Source: Spirochaetota bacterium
GTDB lineage: Bacteria; Spirochaetota; Spirochaetia; SPDA01; JAJSAL01
Direction of reading: 5' to 3'
Assembly (NCBI GenBank): GCA_024274705.1
Contig: JAJSAL010000092.1
Location: forward strand, 3,006-67,005
DNA length: 64,000 nucleotides
Within the stretch, counting starts at the first letter, position 1. Each line of letters opens with the position of its first letter. Below are positions 18,035 to 27,902 of this stretch, in pieces. The notes below the pieces were generated by a model. It ran no database searches. It had not been told where the DNA came from and worked only from the letters and a program-made list of their open reading frames with translations. The position numbers and the translations under genes are program-made.

Positions 18035-19795
18035 ATGAAAGATCAGAAAAAAATCTGGAAAAATTATATTCACGAAATACTCCTGGGAAAGGCTGATGAA
18101 GGAGATTATGATTTTACCCTTTCAACGGAACAGATCGTCCTGGAGCTGCCGTCGAACCCGGATTTCGGTGATTTTGCTTTTCCCATGTTTCCTTATGCGA
18201 AGATATTCCGGCAGTCTCCGGGTGATATTGCCGGGTATGTACACGAAAAGATCGTTGGAGAACACCGGCTGCCTGGAGAGGTGTCCCGGGCAGGGGGCTA
18301 TCTCAATGTGAAAATAGACAGGGTGAGTATTGTATCTGCAGTTATTGCCGAAGTACTTTCCAGGCGCGGAGATTACGGCTCATCGGAATCCCTGTCCGGC
18401 CGGAAGATCATGGTGGAGTTTTCCTGTCCCAATACGAATAAACCCCTTCACCTGGGACATCTGCGGAACGATGCCATTGGGGAGAGTATATCCCGCATCC
18501 TCGGTGCATGTGGTGCAGAAGTGATGAAGGTAAACCTTATCAATGACCGGGGTATCCACATTTGCAAATCCATGCTTGCATATGACAAGTTCGGAGGTGG
18601 TGCTACTCCTGAATCAGAACAGATCAAGAGCGACCACTTTGTAGGAAACTATTATGTCCGGTTCAACGCCTTGGCAAAAGAGGAGGAAGGAGCAGAGGAA
18701 GCAGCCCAGGCCCTCCTGCGAAAATGGGAAGATAAGGACCCTCATACCCTGGATCTATGGAACCGCATGAATACCTGGGCAATTCAGGGGATCGAGGAAA
18801 CCTATGCCAGAACAGGGATATCCTTTGACCGTATTTACCGGGAAAGCGAAACCTACGAGAAAGGCAGGGAGGAAGTATTCAAGGGGGTGGAAAAAGGGAC
18901 CTTTTATCGTGATGAAGAAGGGACAGTGTGGGTGGATCTCTCTGAAATCGACCTTGATAAAAAGGTCCTTCTCAGGAAGGACGGTACGTCCCTCTATCTC
19001 ACACAGGATATCGGGACTGCCATTGCCAGGAGAAAAGACTGGGACTTTGACAGGCTCATCTATGTGGTAGGTTCGGAACAGAAATATCATTTTACCGTTC
19101 TTTTCCATGTGCTTACAAAGCTTGGCTTTCCCTGGGCGAAACACCTGTTTCACCTTTCATACGGCATGGTCAACCTGCCTGAAGGAAAAATGAAGTCCCG
19201 GGAAGGAACTGTTGTTGACGCGGATGATCTCCTGGATGAACTGCACACCATGGCCGAAAAAGAGATTCTCGAAAAAGAGAGGGTCCGGGAGGATGCCGGA
19301 ATCCTGGAAGCAGCAGAAGCGATTGCAATCGGAGCACTCAATTACTTTCTCCTCCGGGTAACACCGGGAAAGGATATGGTGTTTGACCCGAAAGAATCTC
19401 TCTCCTTTACCGGAGATACCGGTCCATATTTACAATATATGGGCGCCAGGATAAGCAGCATGCTCCGCAAGTTCGAGGAACGGAGAAAAAAGCTGGAAGG
19501 AGGGGCGTTCAGGCCGGAACTTCTCACCATTCAGGAGGAGTGGGAACTGGTTAAAATGATAGCTTCGTTTGAGGATGAGGTGCGGCAGGCAGCGGAGGAG
19601 CTTAACCCTTCACGGATAACCTCGTACCTGTACTCTCTGGCAAAGATTTACAGCAGGTATTATCATGATAATCCAATTCTTCACAACAAAGACAACGACC
19701 TGGTACACACGAGGATCGCCTTATCACGGGCGCTCCTTCAGGTACTTAACAACGCCTTTACCTATCTTGCCATTCCCTTTTTAGAAGCCATGTAA
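18035..19795 (+). CDS. argS: Arginine--tRNA ligase
   Basis: Class I HIGH-type motif (PNTNKPLHLGHLRN), KMKSREG (KMSK-like) and a C-terminal DALR anticodon-binding region. Confidence 0.95.
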   Translation: MKDQKKIWKNYIHEILLGKADEGDYDFTLSTEQIVLELPSNPDFGDFAFPMFPYAKIFRQSPGDIAGYVHEKIVGEHRLPGEVSRAGGYLNVKIDRVSIVSAVIAEVLSRRGDYGSSESLSGRKIMVEFSCPNTNKPLHLGHLRNDAIGESISRILGACGAEVMKVNLINDRGIHICKSMLAYDKFGGGATPESEQIKSDHFVGNYYVRFNALAKEEEGAEEAAQALLRKWEDKDPHTLDLWNRMNTWAIQGIEETYARTGISFDRIYRESETYEKGREEVFKGVEKGTFYRDEEGTVWVDLSEIDLDKKVLLRKDGTSLYLTQDIGTAIARRKDWDFDRLIYVVGSEQKYHFTVLFHVLTKLGFPWAKHLFHLSYGMVNLPEGKMKSREGTVVDADDLLDELHTMAEKEILEKERVREDAGILEAAEAIAIGALNYFLLRVTPGKDMVFDPKESLSFTGDTGPYLQYMGARISSMLRKFEERRKKLEGGAFRPELLTIQEEWELVKMIASFEDEVRQAAEELNPSRITSYLYSLAKIYSRYYHDNPILHNKDNDLVHTRIALSRALLQVLNNAFTYLAIPFLEAM

Positions 19796-19862
19796 AGCAA
19801 CAAATTTGTAGGTTTTCGAGGGTGAAACATACCAATATGTTGTAAAATGTTAAAAAATATTC

Positions 19863-19889
19863 TATTGAAATAATTTATTTCTTTCAATA
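19863..19889. promoter_or_regulatory. Inverted repeat upstream of the gltB sigma-54 promoter (candidate activator/architectural site)
   Basis: TATTGAAA (19863-19870), 11-nt spacer, TTTCAATA (19882-19889). Perfect 8-bp arms. Confidence 0.3.
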
Positions 19890-19906
19890 CAGTTAATTAC
19901 ATGATG

Positions 19907-19922
19907 TGGCATATATTTTGCT
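19907..19922 (+). promoter_or_regulatory. Sigma-54 (-24/-12) promoter for gltBD
   Basis: TGGCAT-ATATT-TTGCT matches the consensus TGGCAC-N5-TTGCW with correct spacing, 42 nt upstream of the gltB ATG. Confidence 0.55.
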
Positions 19923-19963
19923 AATATACTACTCTGACTTCAAAATTGTATGGAAGGTGACAA

Positions 19964-22900
19964 ATGCGTACGAAATGCGGCTTATATGACCCATTCTATG
20001 AACACGATGCCTGTGGAGTAGGATTTACAGCAAATATCGATGGTAATCCAACTCATAAAATCGTACAGGACGGGGTGCAGATCCTGTGTAATCTCGAGCA
20101 CCGGGGTGCTGTAGGTGGGGACATGAAGACCGGCGACGGTGCGGGTATGCTCCTCCAGATTCCCCACGCATTTTACAACGAATCCTTGGGGTTTAAACTT
20201 CCGGAGCCGGGACACTATGGAGTAGGTATGTTTTTCCTGCCGAAAAATTCCTCTCAATGTGAACGGGCAAAGGAAATGATTTCCCAGGTGGTGCAGGAGG
20301 AAGGCGGCCGCATTCTTAAAGTACGGGAGGTCCCCACCAATCCTGACTGTCTGGGTAAGACGGCACAGAGCAGGATACCTTCGTTCTGGCAGTTCTTCCT
20401 GTCCTTTCGGGGCTTTCAGAACGATCCCCTGGAATGCAAGCTCTACGTGGTGCGGAAATGCCTGGAAAGGAAAGCGGCAGAAGCGGGCTGGGACCTGGAA
20501 GATTTTTATGTTTCCTCACTATCGGTCAAAACGATCGTGTATAAGGGCATGTTCGTAGCGCCCCAGTTTATCACTTTCTACCCGGACCTTACGGACTCCC
20601 TGTTTTCCAGTGCTTTTGCAATGGTGCATCAACGGTACAGTACCAATACCTTTCCGTCATGGCCGCTGGCTCAGCCGTTTCGGCACATCGCCCACAACGG
20701 GGAGATCAATACAATCCGGCGTAATGTGAACAACATGAAGGCCCGGGAACACTTCATCGAATCTGCTCTTTTCGGCAAGGATATCGAGAAAACAATTCCT
20801 ATCGTGAGCAACGGGCTAAGCGATTCCGGTATTTTCGATACAGTCTTCGAGTTGATCCACAAAGGGGGCCGTTCGGTGGAACATACGGCGATGATGATGG
20901 TTCCCGAGGCGTTCGGTACTAAATTCCATATCAGTCAGGATAAGAGAGCGTTTTTCGAATATCACGCCGCAATTATGGAACCCTGGGACGGACCGGCGGC
21001 TATTACATTTACCGACGGTAGAAAGATCGGGGCCATTCTCGACCGAAACGGTTTAAGACCCTTCAGGTATGTAATCACGAAAAGCGGCCGTATCGTCATG
21101 GCGTCTGAAGTGGGAGTGCTCCATATCGATCCGAAAGATGTACGCGAGAAGGGAAGACTCGCGCCGGGTAAGATGATTCTTGTAGATTTTGACCGTAAAA
21201 GAGTGATCAAGGACAACGAGATCAAATCCACAGTTTCCAGAAGGAAACCTTACAGGAGATGGCTTGAAGAAAACCGTATCGAGCTGCCGGGTCTGTTTCA
21301 GGTTCCCGGTCCTGTCGGGGTAGATAAAGAGGGACTCCGCAAGTATCAGAAAGCCATGGGATACACCATGGAAGATCTGAAACAGCTGATTATCCCGATG
21401 GTTCTCACTTCCCAGGAACCCTTGGGATCTATGGGAAACGACGAGGAACTTGCAGTCCTCTCTGATCGGCCACGTCTTCTCTACGATTACTTTAGGCAGC
21501 TGTTCGCCCAGGTTACCAATCCTCCCATCGATCCTTACAGGGAGAGCCTGGTTATGTCCCTGATGAGTTTTGTCGGCAGGGAACGAAACCTTCTGGATGA
21601 AACACCAAGCCATTGCCGTCAGCTGAAATTGTCTCATCCGATGCTTACCAACGATGATATTCAACGGCTCCGCAGTTCAGATATACAGGGATTCAGTGTA
21701 TGTACGGTACCCGTCCTTTTCCCGGTAGATTCAAAAGAGCCCGGTTTGAAAAAAGCCCTGGACAGGATCTGCAGAGAGGCGGAATCCCGGGTAAACGAGG
21801 GTTATTATCTCATCATCTTAAGTGATCGTAATATGAGCCCCCAAAAAGCTCCTATACCGGCACTGCTTGCAACCAGCGCAGTGCACCACTATCTGGTGCG
21901 GAAAGGGATCAGGCACTTGAGCGGACTGATAGTGGAGACCGGTGAGGCCAGGGAAGTACATCACTTCGCCACGCTCATTGGATTCGGTGCCAGTGGAATC
22001 AACCCCTACCTGGTGTTCGAAACCATCGTTGATCTTAAGGACAGGAATTACCTTCCCGGTGATATGACGATCCACAACGCCATCGAGGGGTATGTTTCCG
22101 CAGTAAAAAAAGGGCTGCTGAAGGTAATGTCCAAAATGGGCGTATCGACTATCCGCAGTTACAGAGGTTCCCAGATATACGAATCCGTAGGACTGGAAGA
22201 CCATTTTGTGGAAGAGTATTTTACCGGCATCTCTTCACCTATCGGCGGGATTGGTCTGGATGTGATCGAGCATGAAGTCAGACAACGGCATACCCGGGCG
22301 TACCAGGACACTGAAGGTGACGCAGCCATTTCATCCGGGGGAAAGTATCATTACCGGCTGGGACAGAGCAAACACCTGTTTACTCCGGAGGCGGTGGCTC
22401 TGCTGCAGCATGCAGTGAGGAAGGGAGATTATGCTCTTTTCAAACAGTATTCCTCTGAAATCAATAATACGGGTAAAAACCTCTGTACTCTCAGGGGCCT
22501 TTTCAAACTGAAGAAGGGGAATCCTGTTCCCATCGAAGAAGTCGAATCCGAAGAAGAGATAGTTAAGCGGTTTGTCAGTTCAGCCATGTCCTTCGGTTCT
22601 CTCAGCAAAGAAGCTCACGAAACCATTGCTATTGCCATGAACAGGCTTGGTGCCCAGAGCAATTGCGGTGAAGGGGGTGAAGATGAACAGCGGTATGCGC
22701 CGAGAGAAAACGGCGACAATGCCAACAGCAAGGTGAAACAGATTGCATCCGCCCGTTTCGGCGTATCGATACATTATCTGGTAAGTGCAGAAGAACTGCA
22801 GATAAAGATGGCCCAGGGCGCAAAACCCGGAGAAGGGGGACAACTCCCGGGACACAAGGTGAATGAGATTATCGCCGGGACACGGAATTCCACCGAAGGT

Positions 22901-24487
22901 GTCGGCCTGATTTCTCCCCCTCCTCATCACGATATATATTCCATCGAAGACCTGGCCCAGCTCATTTTTGATTTGAAAAACGCCAATCCTGAAGCACGGG
23001 TTTCGGTGAAACTTGTATCCGAGGTAGGTGTCGGTACTGTTGCTGCAGGCGTTGCCAAGGGTAAAGCAGATATGGTCCTCATCAGCGGATGTGACGGGGG
23101 TACCGGATCTTCGCCCCTTTCATCCATAAAATATGCGGGATCCTGGTGGGAACTTGGTCTTGCGGAAACCCAGCAGGTGCTGGTCATGAACAATCTCCGG
23201 GGCAGGATACGGGTCCAGGTGGACGGGCAGATAAAAACCGGAAGAGACGTAGTAATAGGTGCCCTCTTAGGTGCCGAAGAATTCGGCTTTGGCACAACCA
23301 GCCTGGTTTCCCTGGGCTGTATCATCATGCGGAAATGTCACCTGAATTCCTGTCCCGTGGGAATCGCCACCCAGGACCCTGACTTAAGAAAACGGTTCAG
23401 CGGTAAACCGCAACACCTGATCAACTTCATGACCTTCATCGCACGGGAGGTACGTGAAATCATGGCTGATCTCGGGTTCAGAACATTTGACGATATGGTG
23501 GGAAGCGTGGAGATGATCGAGGTTCAGGATGCTGTCGACCACTACAAGGCGAAAGGTCTCGATTTTTCCAAGATCCTCTACAAACCTGAAATTCCCGAAG
23601 GCGGTTCTCTGCGGTGCCGTGGTAAGCTGGAACATGATTTTTCCCGGGACCTGGATGAAGGTCTCATCGCAGAGGCAAAACCGAGCATCGATAAGAAGAA
23701 AAAAACTGAGATTCACAGGGATATCCGAAACTGCAATCGGACCGTGGGTGCGACCTTAAGTTCGACTATCGCCCGTAAATACGGTTCCTCCGGGCTTCCG
23801 GAAGATACCGTTAACGTGCATTTCACGGGTTCTGCAGGCCAGAGTTTCGGGGCCTTTCTTGCGAAAGGGATCACCTTTACCCTGGAAGGGGACGCCAACG
23901 ATTATGTGGGAAAAGGACTTTCCGGCGGGAAAATCATCGTTTTTCCTCCCAGGGGATCCAGCTTCAGTTCCCACAGGAACAGCATAACCGGGAATGTAAC
24001 CCTGTTTGGAGCCACTGCAGGAGAAGTGTACATCGGAGGAATGGCAGGCGAGAGGTTCTGCGTGAGAAACAGCGGGGCAATAGCAGTCGTTGAAGGTGTA
24101 GGAGACCATGGATGTGAATACATGACCGGCGGCCGGGTTATCGTGTTAGGCGGTACAGGAGTGAACTTCGCCGCCGGAATGAGCGGCGGCATCGCTTACA
24201 TCCTGGACGACAACCAACTTTTCGATACCCGGTGTAACCTGGAACTGGTGGATGTGGAGCCGGTAATCGAAGACGAGGATGAAGTGTTCCTGAAAAAGTA
24301 TTTAGAAAAGCATGTAAATTACACCAACAGCCTGTACGCGGCGAGAATGCTGGAGAGGTGGGAGGAGACACTTCCCCTGTTCGTAAAAGTGATGCCCCTG
24401 GATTACCGGCTCGCCTTAGGCCGGATGAAAGAAAAAGAGTGGCAGAAATCGGAATCTGTAGACATGATAGAGGAGGTGTACGTCTGA
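19964..24487 (+). CDS. gltB: Glutamate synthase large subunit
   Basis: N-terminal Ntn-amidotransferase start (CGVGF), central FMN/3Fe-4S domain and C-terminal GXGXG domain. 1507 aa. Confidence 0.97.
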   Translation: MRTKCGLYDPFYEHDACGVGFTANIDGNPTHKIVQDGVQILCNLEHRGAVGGDMKTGDGAGMLLQIPHAFYNESLGFKLPEPGHYGVGMFFLPKNSSQCERAKEMISQVVQEEGGRILKVREVPTNPDCLGKTAQSRIPSFWQFFLSFRGFQNDPLECKLYVVRKCLERKAAEAGWDLEDFYVSSLSVKTIVYKGMFVAPQFITFYPDLTDSLFSSAFAMVHQRYSTNTFPSWPLAQPFRHIAHNGEINTIRRNVNNMKAREHFIESALFGKDIEKTIPIVSNGLSDSGIFDTVFELIHKGGRSVEHTAMMMVPEAFGTKFHISQDKRAFFEYHAAIMEPWDGPAAITFTDGRKIGAILDRNGLRPFRYVITKSGRIVMASEVGVLHIDPKDVREKGRLAPGKMILVDFDRKRVIKDNEIKSTVSRRKPYRRWLEENRIELPGLFQVPGPVGVDKEGLRKYQKAMGYTMEDLKQLIIPMVLTSQEPLGSMGNDEELAVLSDRPRLLYDYFRQLFAQVTNPPIDPYRESLVMSLMSFVGRERNLLDETPSHCRQLKLSHPMLTNDDIQRLRSSDIQGFSVCTVPVLFPVDSKEPGLKKALDRICREAESRVNEGYYLIILSDRNMSPQKAPIPALLATSAVHHYLVRKGIRHLSGLIVETGEAREVHHFATLIGFGASGINPYLVFETIVDLKDRNYLPGDMTIHNAIEGYVSAVKKGLLKVMSKMGVSTIRSYRGSQIYESVGLEDHFVEEYFTGISSPIGGIGLDVIEHEVRQRHTRAYQDTEGDAAISSGGKYHYRLGQSKHLFTPEAVALLQHAVRKGDYALFKQYSSEINNTGKNLCTLRGLFKLKKGNPVPIEEVESEEEIVKRFVSSAMSFGSLSKEAHETIAIAMNRLGAQSNCGEGGEDEQRYAPRENGDNANSKVKQIASARFGVSIHYLVSAEELQIKMAQGAKPGEGGQLPGHKVNEIIAGTRNSTEGVGLISPPPHHDIYSIEDLAQLIFDLKNANPEARVSVKLVSEVGVGTVAAGVAKGKADMVLISGCDGGTGSSPLSSIKYAGSWWELGLAETQQVLVMNNLRGRIRVQVDGQIKTGRDVVIGALLGAEEFGFGTTSLVSLGCIIMRKCHLNSCPVGIATQDPDLRKRFSGKPQHLINFMTFIAREVREIMADLGFRTFDDMVGSVEMIEVQDAVDHYKAKGLDFSKILYKPEIPEGGSLRCRGKLEHDFSRDLDEGLIAEAKPSIDKKKKTEIHRDIRNCNRTVGATLSSTIARKYGSSGLPEDTVNVHFTGSAGQSFGAFLAKGITFTLEGDANDYVGKGLSGGKIIVFPPRGSSFSSHRNSITGNVTLFGATAGEVYIGGMAGERFCVRNSGAIAVVEGVGDHGCEYMTGGRVIVLGGTGVNFAAGMSGGIAYILDDNQLFDTRCNLELVDVEPVIEDEDEVFLKKYLEKHVNYTNSLYAARMLERWEETLPLFVKVMPLDYRLALGRMKEKEWQKSESVDMIEEVYV

Positions 24488-25908
24488 TGGGAAAGCCTAC
24501 AGGTTTTTTAGACTACAGACGGCTGCAGGAAGAAAAGCGGCCGGTACAGGAAAGGCTGAAGGATTACCGGGAAGTTAGCGTTCCGTCGGAGACTGAGGAA
24601 CTGAGGGACCAGGGCGCCCGGTGCATGGACTGCGGGATACCCTTCTGTCATGCCCTGGGGTGTCCGGTAATGAACCTGATACCTGAATGGAATGATGCGG
24701 TGTATAACGGTCAGTGGCGGGAAGCTTATGAGCGGCTCTCCCTGACAAACACCCTGCCGGAAATTACCGGAAGGGTGTGTCCTGCTCCGTGTGAGGCTTC
24801 GTGTACCCTGTCAATCAATGATTACCCGGTAACGATCAAGCAGATAGAACTCGCAGTCGCTGAAAAAGCTTTTGAAAGCGGTTGGGTGTCACCGGTAAAA
24901 CCAAAAAGGGAAACCTGGAAAAAAATAGCAATAGTAGGTTCAGGACCGGCAGGTCTGTCTGCGGCGCAGCAGCTGCGGAGACTTGGGCACAGTGTGACGG
25001 TATTTGAACAGTCCGATAAAATCGGCGGCATTTTGCGGTACGGAATTCCGGATTTCAAGCTTGAAAAATGGGTGATAGACCGGAGGCTCTACCAGATGGA
25101 GCACGAGGGGATTCAATTCGAAACGAGTGTGGTTATAGGAAAAGATCTTTCTGCGGCATATCTGCAAAGGAAATTCGATATCATCCTTATTTCCACCGGT
25201 GCCGGGAAGGCGAGGGAGATAGGCGTTCCGGGAGACGGTTTCGAAGGGATTCATTACGCCATGGAGTATTTGACCCCATCCAACAAATTCATAGCAGGGA
25301 AAATTCCCCGGGAACAGATTATAGACGCCCGGGACAAAACGGTTCTCGTCCTGGGTGGAGGGGATACCGGATCTGACTGCGTAGGAACGGCAAACAGGCA
25401 GGAAGCTAAGAAGGTATATCAATACGAAATCATGCCGAAACCCTTGGAATGGAAGGGACCTGAAAATCCCGAATGGCCTTACTGGCCGAAAATCTTAAGG
25501 ACATCCAGCTCCCACGAAGAAGGGTGTGAGCGGGAGTGGGGAGTAGAGACTGTCCGGTTTTCCGGCAGGGGTATCCAGGTGGAAACCGCATATTTCAACA
25601 GGGTGGAGTGGAAGCCGAAAAAAAATGGGTGGGATAAGGTGACAATACCGGACTCGGAGTTCAGCCTGTCAGTGGATGTTGTCCTTATAGCAGCCGGTTT
25701 CGTCCATGCGGAGCACAGCCCGCTTCTCCACGATTTAGGTATCGAATATGACAACCGGGGAAACATTATCACCGATGAGACCTTCATGACCTCAGTCCCT
25801 GGCGTTTTTGCGGCAGGAGATGCACAATCCGGGGCTTCCCTTATCGTTCGTGCTATAAACCAAGGCAGATCAGCCGCTGCAGGTATTCACTCATATCTTT
25901 CGGGGTGA
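24487..25908 (+). CDS. gltD: Glutamate synthase small subunit (NADPH)
   Basis: MGKPTGFLDY start overlaps the gltB TGA (TGATG). Fe-S cysteines CMDCGIPFC, FAD/NAD Rossmann motif IAIVGSGPAGLSAA. The 43-aa ORF-track extension is rejected. Confidence 0.93.
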   Translation: MGKPTGFLDYRRLQEEKRPVQERLKDYREVSVPSETEELRDQGARCMDCGIPFCHALGCPVMNLIPEWNDAVYNGQWREAYERLSLTNTLPEITGRVCPAPCEASCTLSINDYPVTIKQIELAVAEKAFESGWVSPVKPKRETWKKIAIVGSGPAGLSAAQQLRRLGHSVTVFEQSDKIGGILRYGIPDFKLEKWVIDRRLYQMEHEGIQFETSVVIGKDLSAAYLQRKFDIILISTGAGKAREIGVPGDGFEGIHYAMEYLTPSNKFIAGKIPREQIIDARDKTVLVLGGGDTGSDCVGTANRQEAKKVYQYEIMPKPLEWKGPENPEWPYWPKILRTSSSHEEGCEREWGVETVRFSGRGIQVETAYFNRVEWKPKKNGWDKVTIPDSEFSLSVDVVLIAAGFVHAEHSPLLHDLGIEYDNRGNIITDETFMTSVPGVFAAGDAQSGASLIVRAINQGRSAAAGIHSYLSG

Positions 25909-25925
25909 TATACTGGGTCCGGCCC

Positions 25926-25954
25926 TTGACCGAGGAGTATTTTTTTGCTATATA
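25926..25954 (+). promoter_or_regulatory. Sigma-70-like promoter upstream of rplU
   Basis: TTGACC (25926-25931), 17-nt spacer, TATATA (25949-25954). Confidence 0.4.
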
Positions 25955-25990
25955 ACCATCTACACAAAGAGATGCGAAGGAAGTGAAGGT

Positions 25991-26305
25991 ATGTATGCAT
26001 TAGTGGAAATAAAAGGCAAACAGTATAAAGCGGAAAAAGGCGCTTTGCTGAAAGTAGATAGATTTAATGATGAACAGGGTGCCTCCCTGGAATTCGATAC
26101 CGTAATGCTGGTCGGCGGAACGGAAGATGTCAAGGTAGGAGCCCCCTACCTTGAGGGCGTCAAGGTGAAAACGGTAGTCGAAGAGACAAGGAAAGACAAG
26201 AAGGTGATCATCTTCAAGTTTAAACGCCGGAAAGGATACCGGAGAAAACGGGGACACCGGCAGGAATACTCTTATCTTCGCGTAGAAGATATCACAGGAG
26301 TATAG
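25991..26305 (+). CDS. rplU: 50S ribosomal protein L21
   Basis: MYALVEIKGKQYKAEKG... is a typical L21 sequence and length. Confidence 0.95.
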   Translation: MYALVEIKGKQYKAEKGALLKVDRFNDEQGASLEFDTVMLVGGTEDVKVGAPYLEGVKVKTVVEETRKDKKVIIFKFKRRKGYRRKRGHRQEYSYLRVEDITGV

Positions 26306-26646
26306 TGATACGCATACAGAGTACAATTGATCGGAACGGCGTTATCCGCCTGCTAAAGGCTGATGGTCACGCCGGGAATCAGCTGGCCGGACAGAATCCT
26401 GTATGCGCCGGAGCAACGGTGTTGTTGCGAACAACGGCAAAATGGCTGGAAAAAGAGAAAGACCTTGAGGTGTCCGGAGAGAATATCTTTAGAGGCAGTT
26501 TTGTTCTGTAACTGAAAGGGTATCCGGAAAGCAGCAGGGAACGCCTGAAAGGGGTAACAGATTACCTCTATATGGGTGTTCTCGACCTGGAACGGGAATT
26601 CCCCCGGGAAATTTCCGTCACTATTGATGAATACAAGGAGTTATAG
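26305..26646 (+). pseudogene. prp: Ribosomal-processing cysteine protease Prp (YsxB/DUF464) homolog interrupted by an in-frame TAA
   Basis: GTG start overlaps the rplU stop. His/Cys dyad context DGHAG...VCAGATV. TAA at 26509-26511, then the same frame continues 44 codons (LKGYPESS...[11 protein letters not shown]) to TAG 26644-26646, 2 nt before rpmA. Total length of about 113 aa matches Prp. Confidence 0.75.
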
Positions 26647-26648
26647 CT

Positions 26649-26906
26649 ATGGCACATAAAAAGGGCGGAGGAAGCTCAAAAAACGGCAGAGATTCTAATG
26701 CACAGCGCCTTGGAATAAAAAGGTTCGGCGGGCAGAATGTTCTGGCAGGAGAAATCATCGTCCGGCAGCGGGGCACCCGGTTTCATCCCGGCGAAAACGT
26801 AGGTAAAGGAAAGGATGATACCCTTTTTGCCAAGGCTGCGGGAAAGGTTGATTTTATCACCAGGAATAACAGAAAATATATTCAGATTCTCGAGGTGCAG
26901 TCATAG
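26649..26906 (+). CDS. rpmA: 50S ribosomal protein L27 (no N-terminal propeptide)
   Basis: [24 protein letters not shown] starts directly at the mature-type AHKKG sequence. Confidence 0.95.
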   Translation: MAHKKGGGSSKNGRDSNAQRLGIKRFGGQNVLAGEIIVRQRGTRFHPGENVGKGKDDTLFAKAAGKVDFITRNNRKYIQILEVQS

Positions 26907-26918
26907 CAGGTTCAGCAG

Positions 26919-27899
26919 GTGCAAAGTTTCGTTGACGAAACCGCGATAGAAATCACCTCCGGAAACGGAGGTCCTGGGGCGGTGTCCTTCCGCCGGGAAA
27001 AATACGTTCCCCGGGGAGGACCCGACGGCGGTGACGGCGGCCGGGGCGGAAGTATCAAGTTTATCGTACAAAAGAATCTAAAAACCCTGGCACATCTCAA
27101 GATGAAGCAGCGTTACCGTGCGAAAGACGGTGAGTCCGGCCGCAGCAGGCGTAAACACGGAAAAGACGGTGAAGATGTGATTATTCCGGTTCCTCCGGGT
27201 TCGGTCGTTAAAGACAGGCAATCGGGAATAACCCTTAAGGATCTCGTCCATGAAGGTGATGAATGGACTGCGGCTGAAGGTGGAAAAGGGGGACAGGGTA
27301 ACTGGCACTATAGAACTTCTACAAACCAAGCTCCCCGGTATGCCCAGCAGGGCCGTCCCGGAAAATCCATGTCCTTCTTTGTCGAACTTGATATCATTGC
27401 TGATGTTGGATTTGCCGGATTACCGAATGCCGGAAAATCCACCCTTCTCTCTGTATTGACGAATGCTAATCCAAAAATAGCGCAATATCCCTTTACTACA
27501 AAGATACCTAATCTGGGCGTGTTGCGCAGGGATGGATATGATGTCATCCTGGCCGACATTCCCGGAATTATCGAGGGCGCCTCTCACGGGGCCGGCCTTG
27601 GACTGAAATTTTTAAAGCATATTTCCCGGACCGCCTGTATCGCTTTTATCATCGACATGGGTATGCCTGACCCCTGTGGAAACCTGGAAACTATTAAAAA
27701 TGAAATCAAGGAATATTCCCGGGAACTGCTGGATAAAAGGAGTATTATCATTGGTACAAAACTGGACCTGCCTGATGCTGAAAAACATCTTGAGGAACTG
27801 GCGCAAGCGTTTCCCGAAGAAGTTATCTTCGGTGTTTCTTCAGTTACCCGGAGGGGTGTGAAGAAACTGGAGGATAAACTGTTCGAAATAACGCATTGA
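26919..27899 (+). CDS. obg: GTPase Obg
   Basis: Obg fold N-terminus (FVDE...GNGGPGAVSFRREKY) and G domain GLPNAGKST. GTG start. Confidence 0.95.
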   Translation: MQSFVDETAIEITSGNGGPGAVSFRREKYVPRGGPDGGDGGRGGSIKFIVQKNLKTLAHLKMKQRYRAKDGESGRSRRKHGKDGEDVIIPVPPGSVVKDRQSGITLKDLVHEGDEWTAAEGGKGGQGNWHYRTSTNQAPRYAQQGRPGKSMSFFVELDIIADVGFAGLPNAGKSTLLSVLTNANPKIAQYPFTTKIPNLGVLRRDGYDVILADIPGIIEGASHGAGLGLKFLKHISRTACIAFIIDMGMPDPCGNLETIKNEIKEYSRELLDKRSIIIGTKLDLPDAEKHLEELAQAFPEEVIFGVSSVTRRGVKKLEDKLFEITH

Positions 27900-27902
27900 A
27901 TT

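Noticed and set aside
21053-21664. 203-aa minus-strand ORF within gltB
   Set aside because: Antisense to the conserved GOGAT large subunit.
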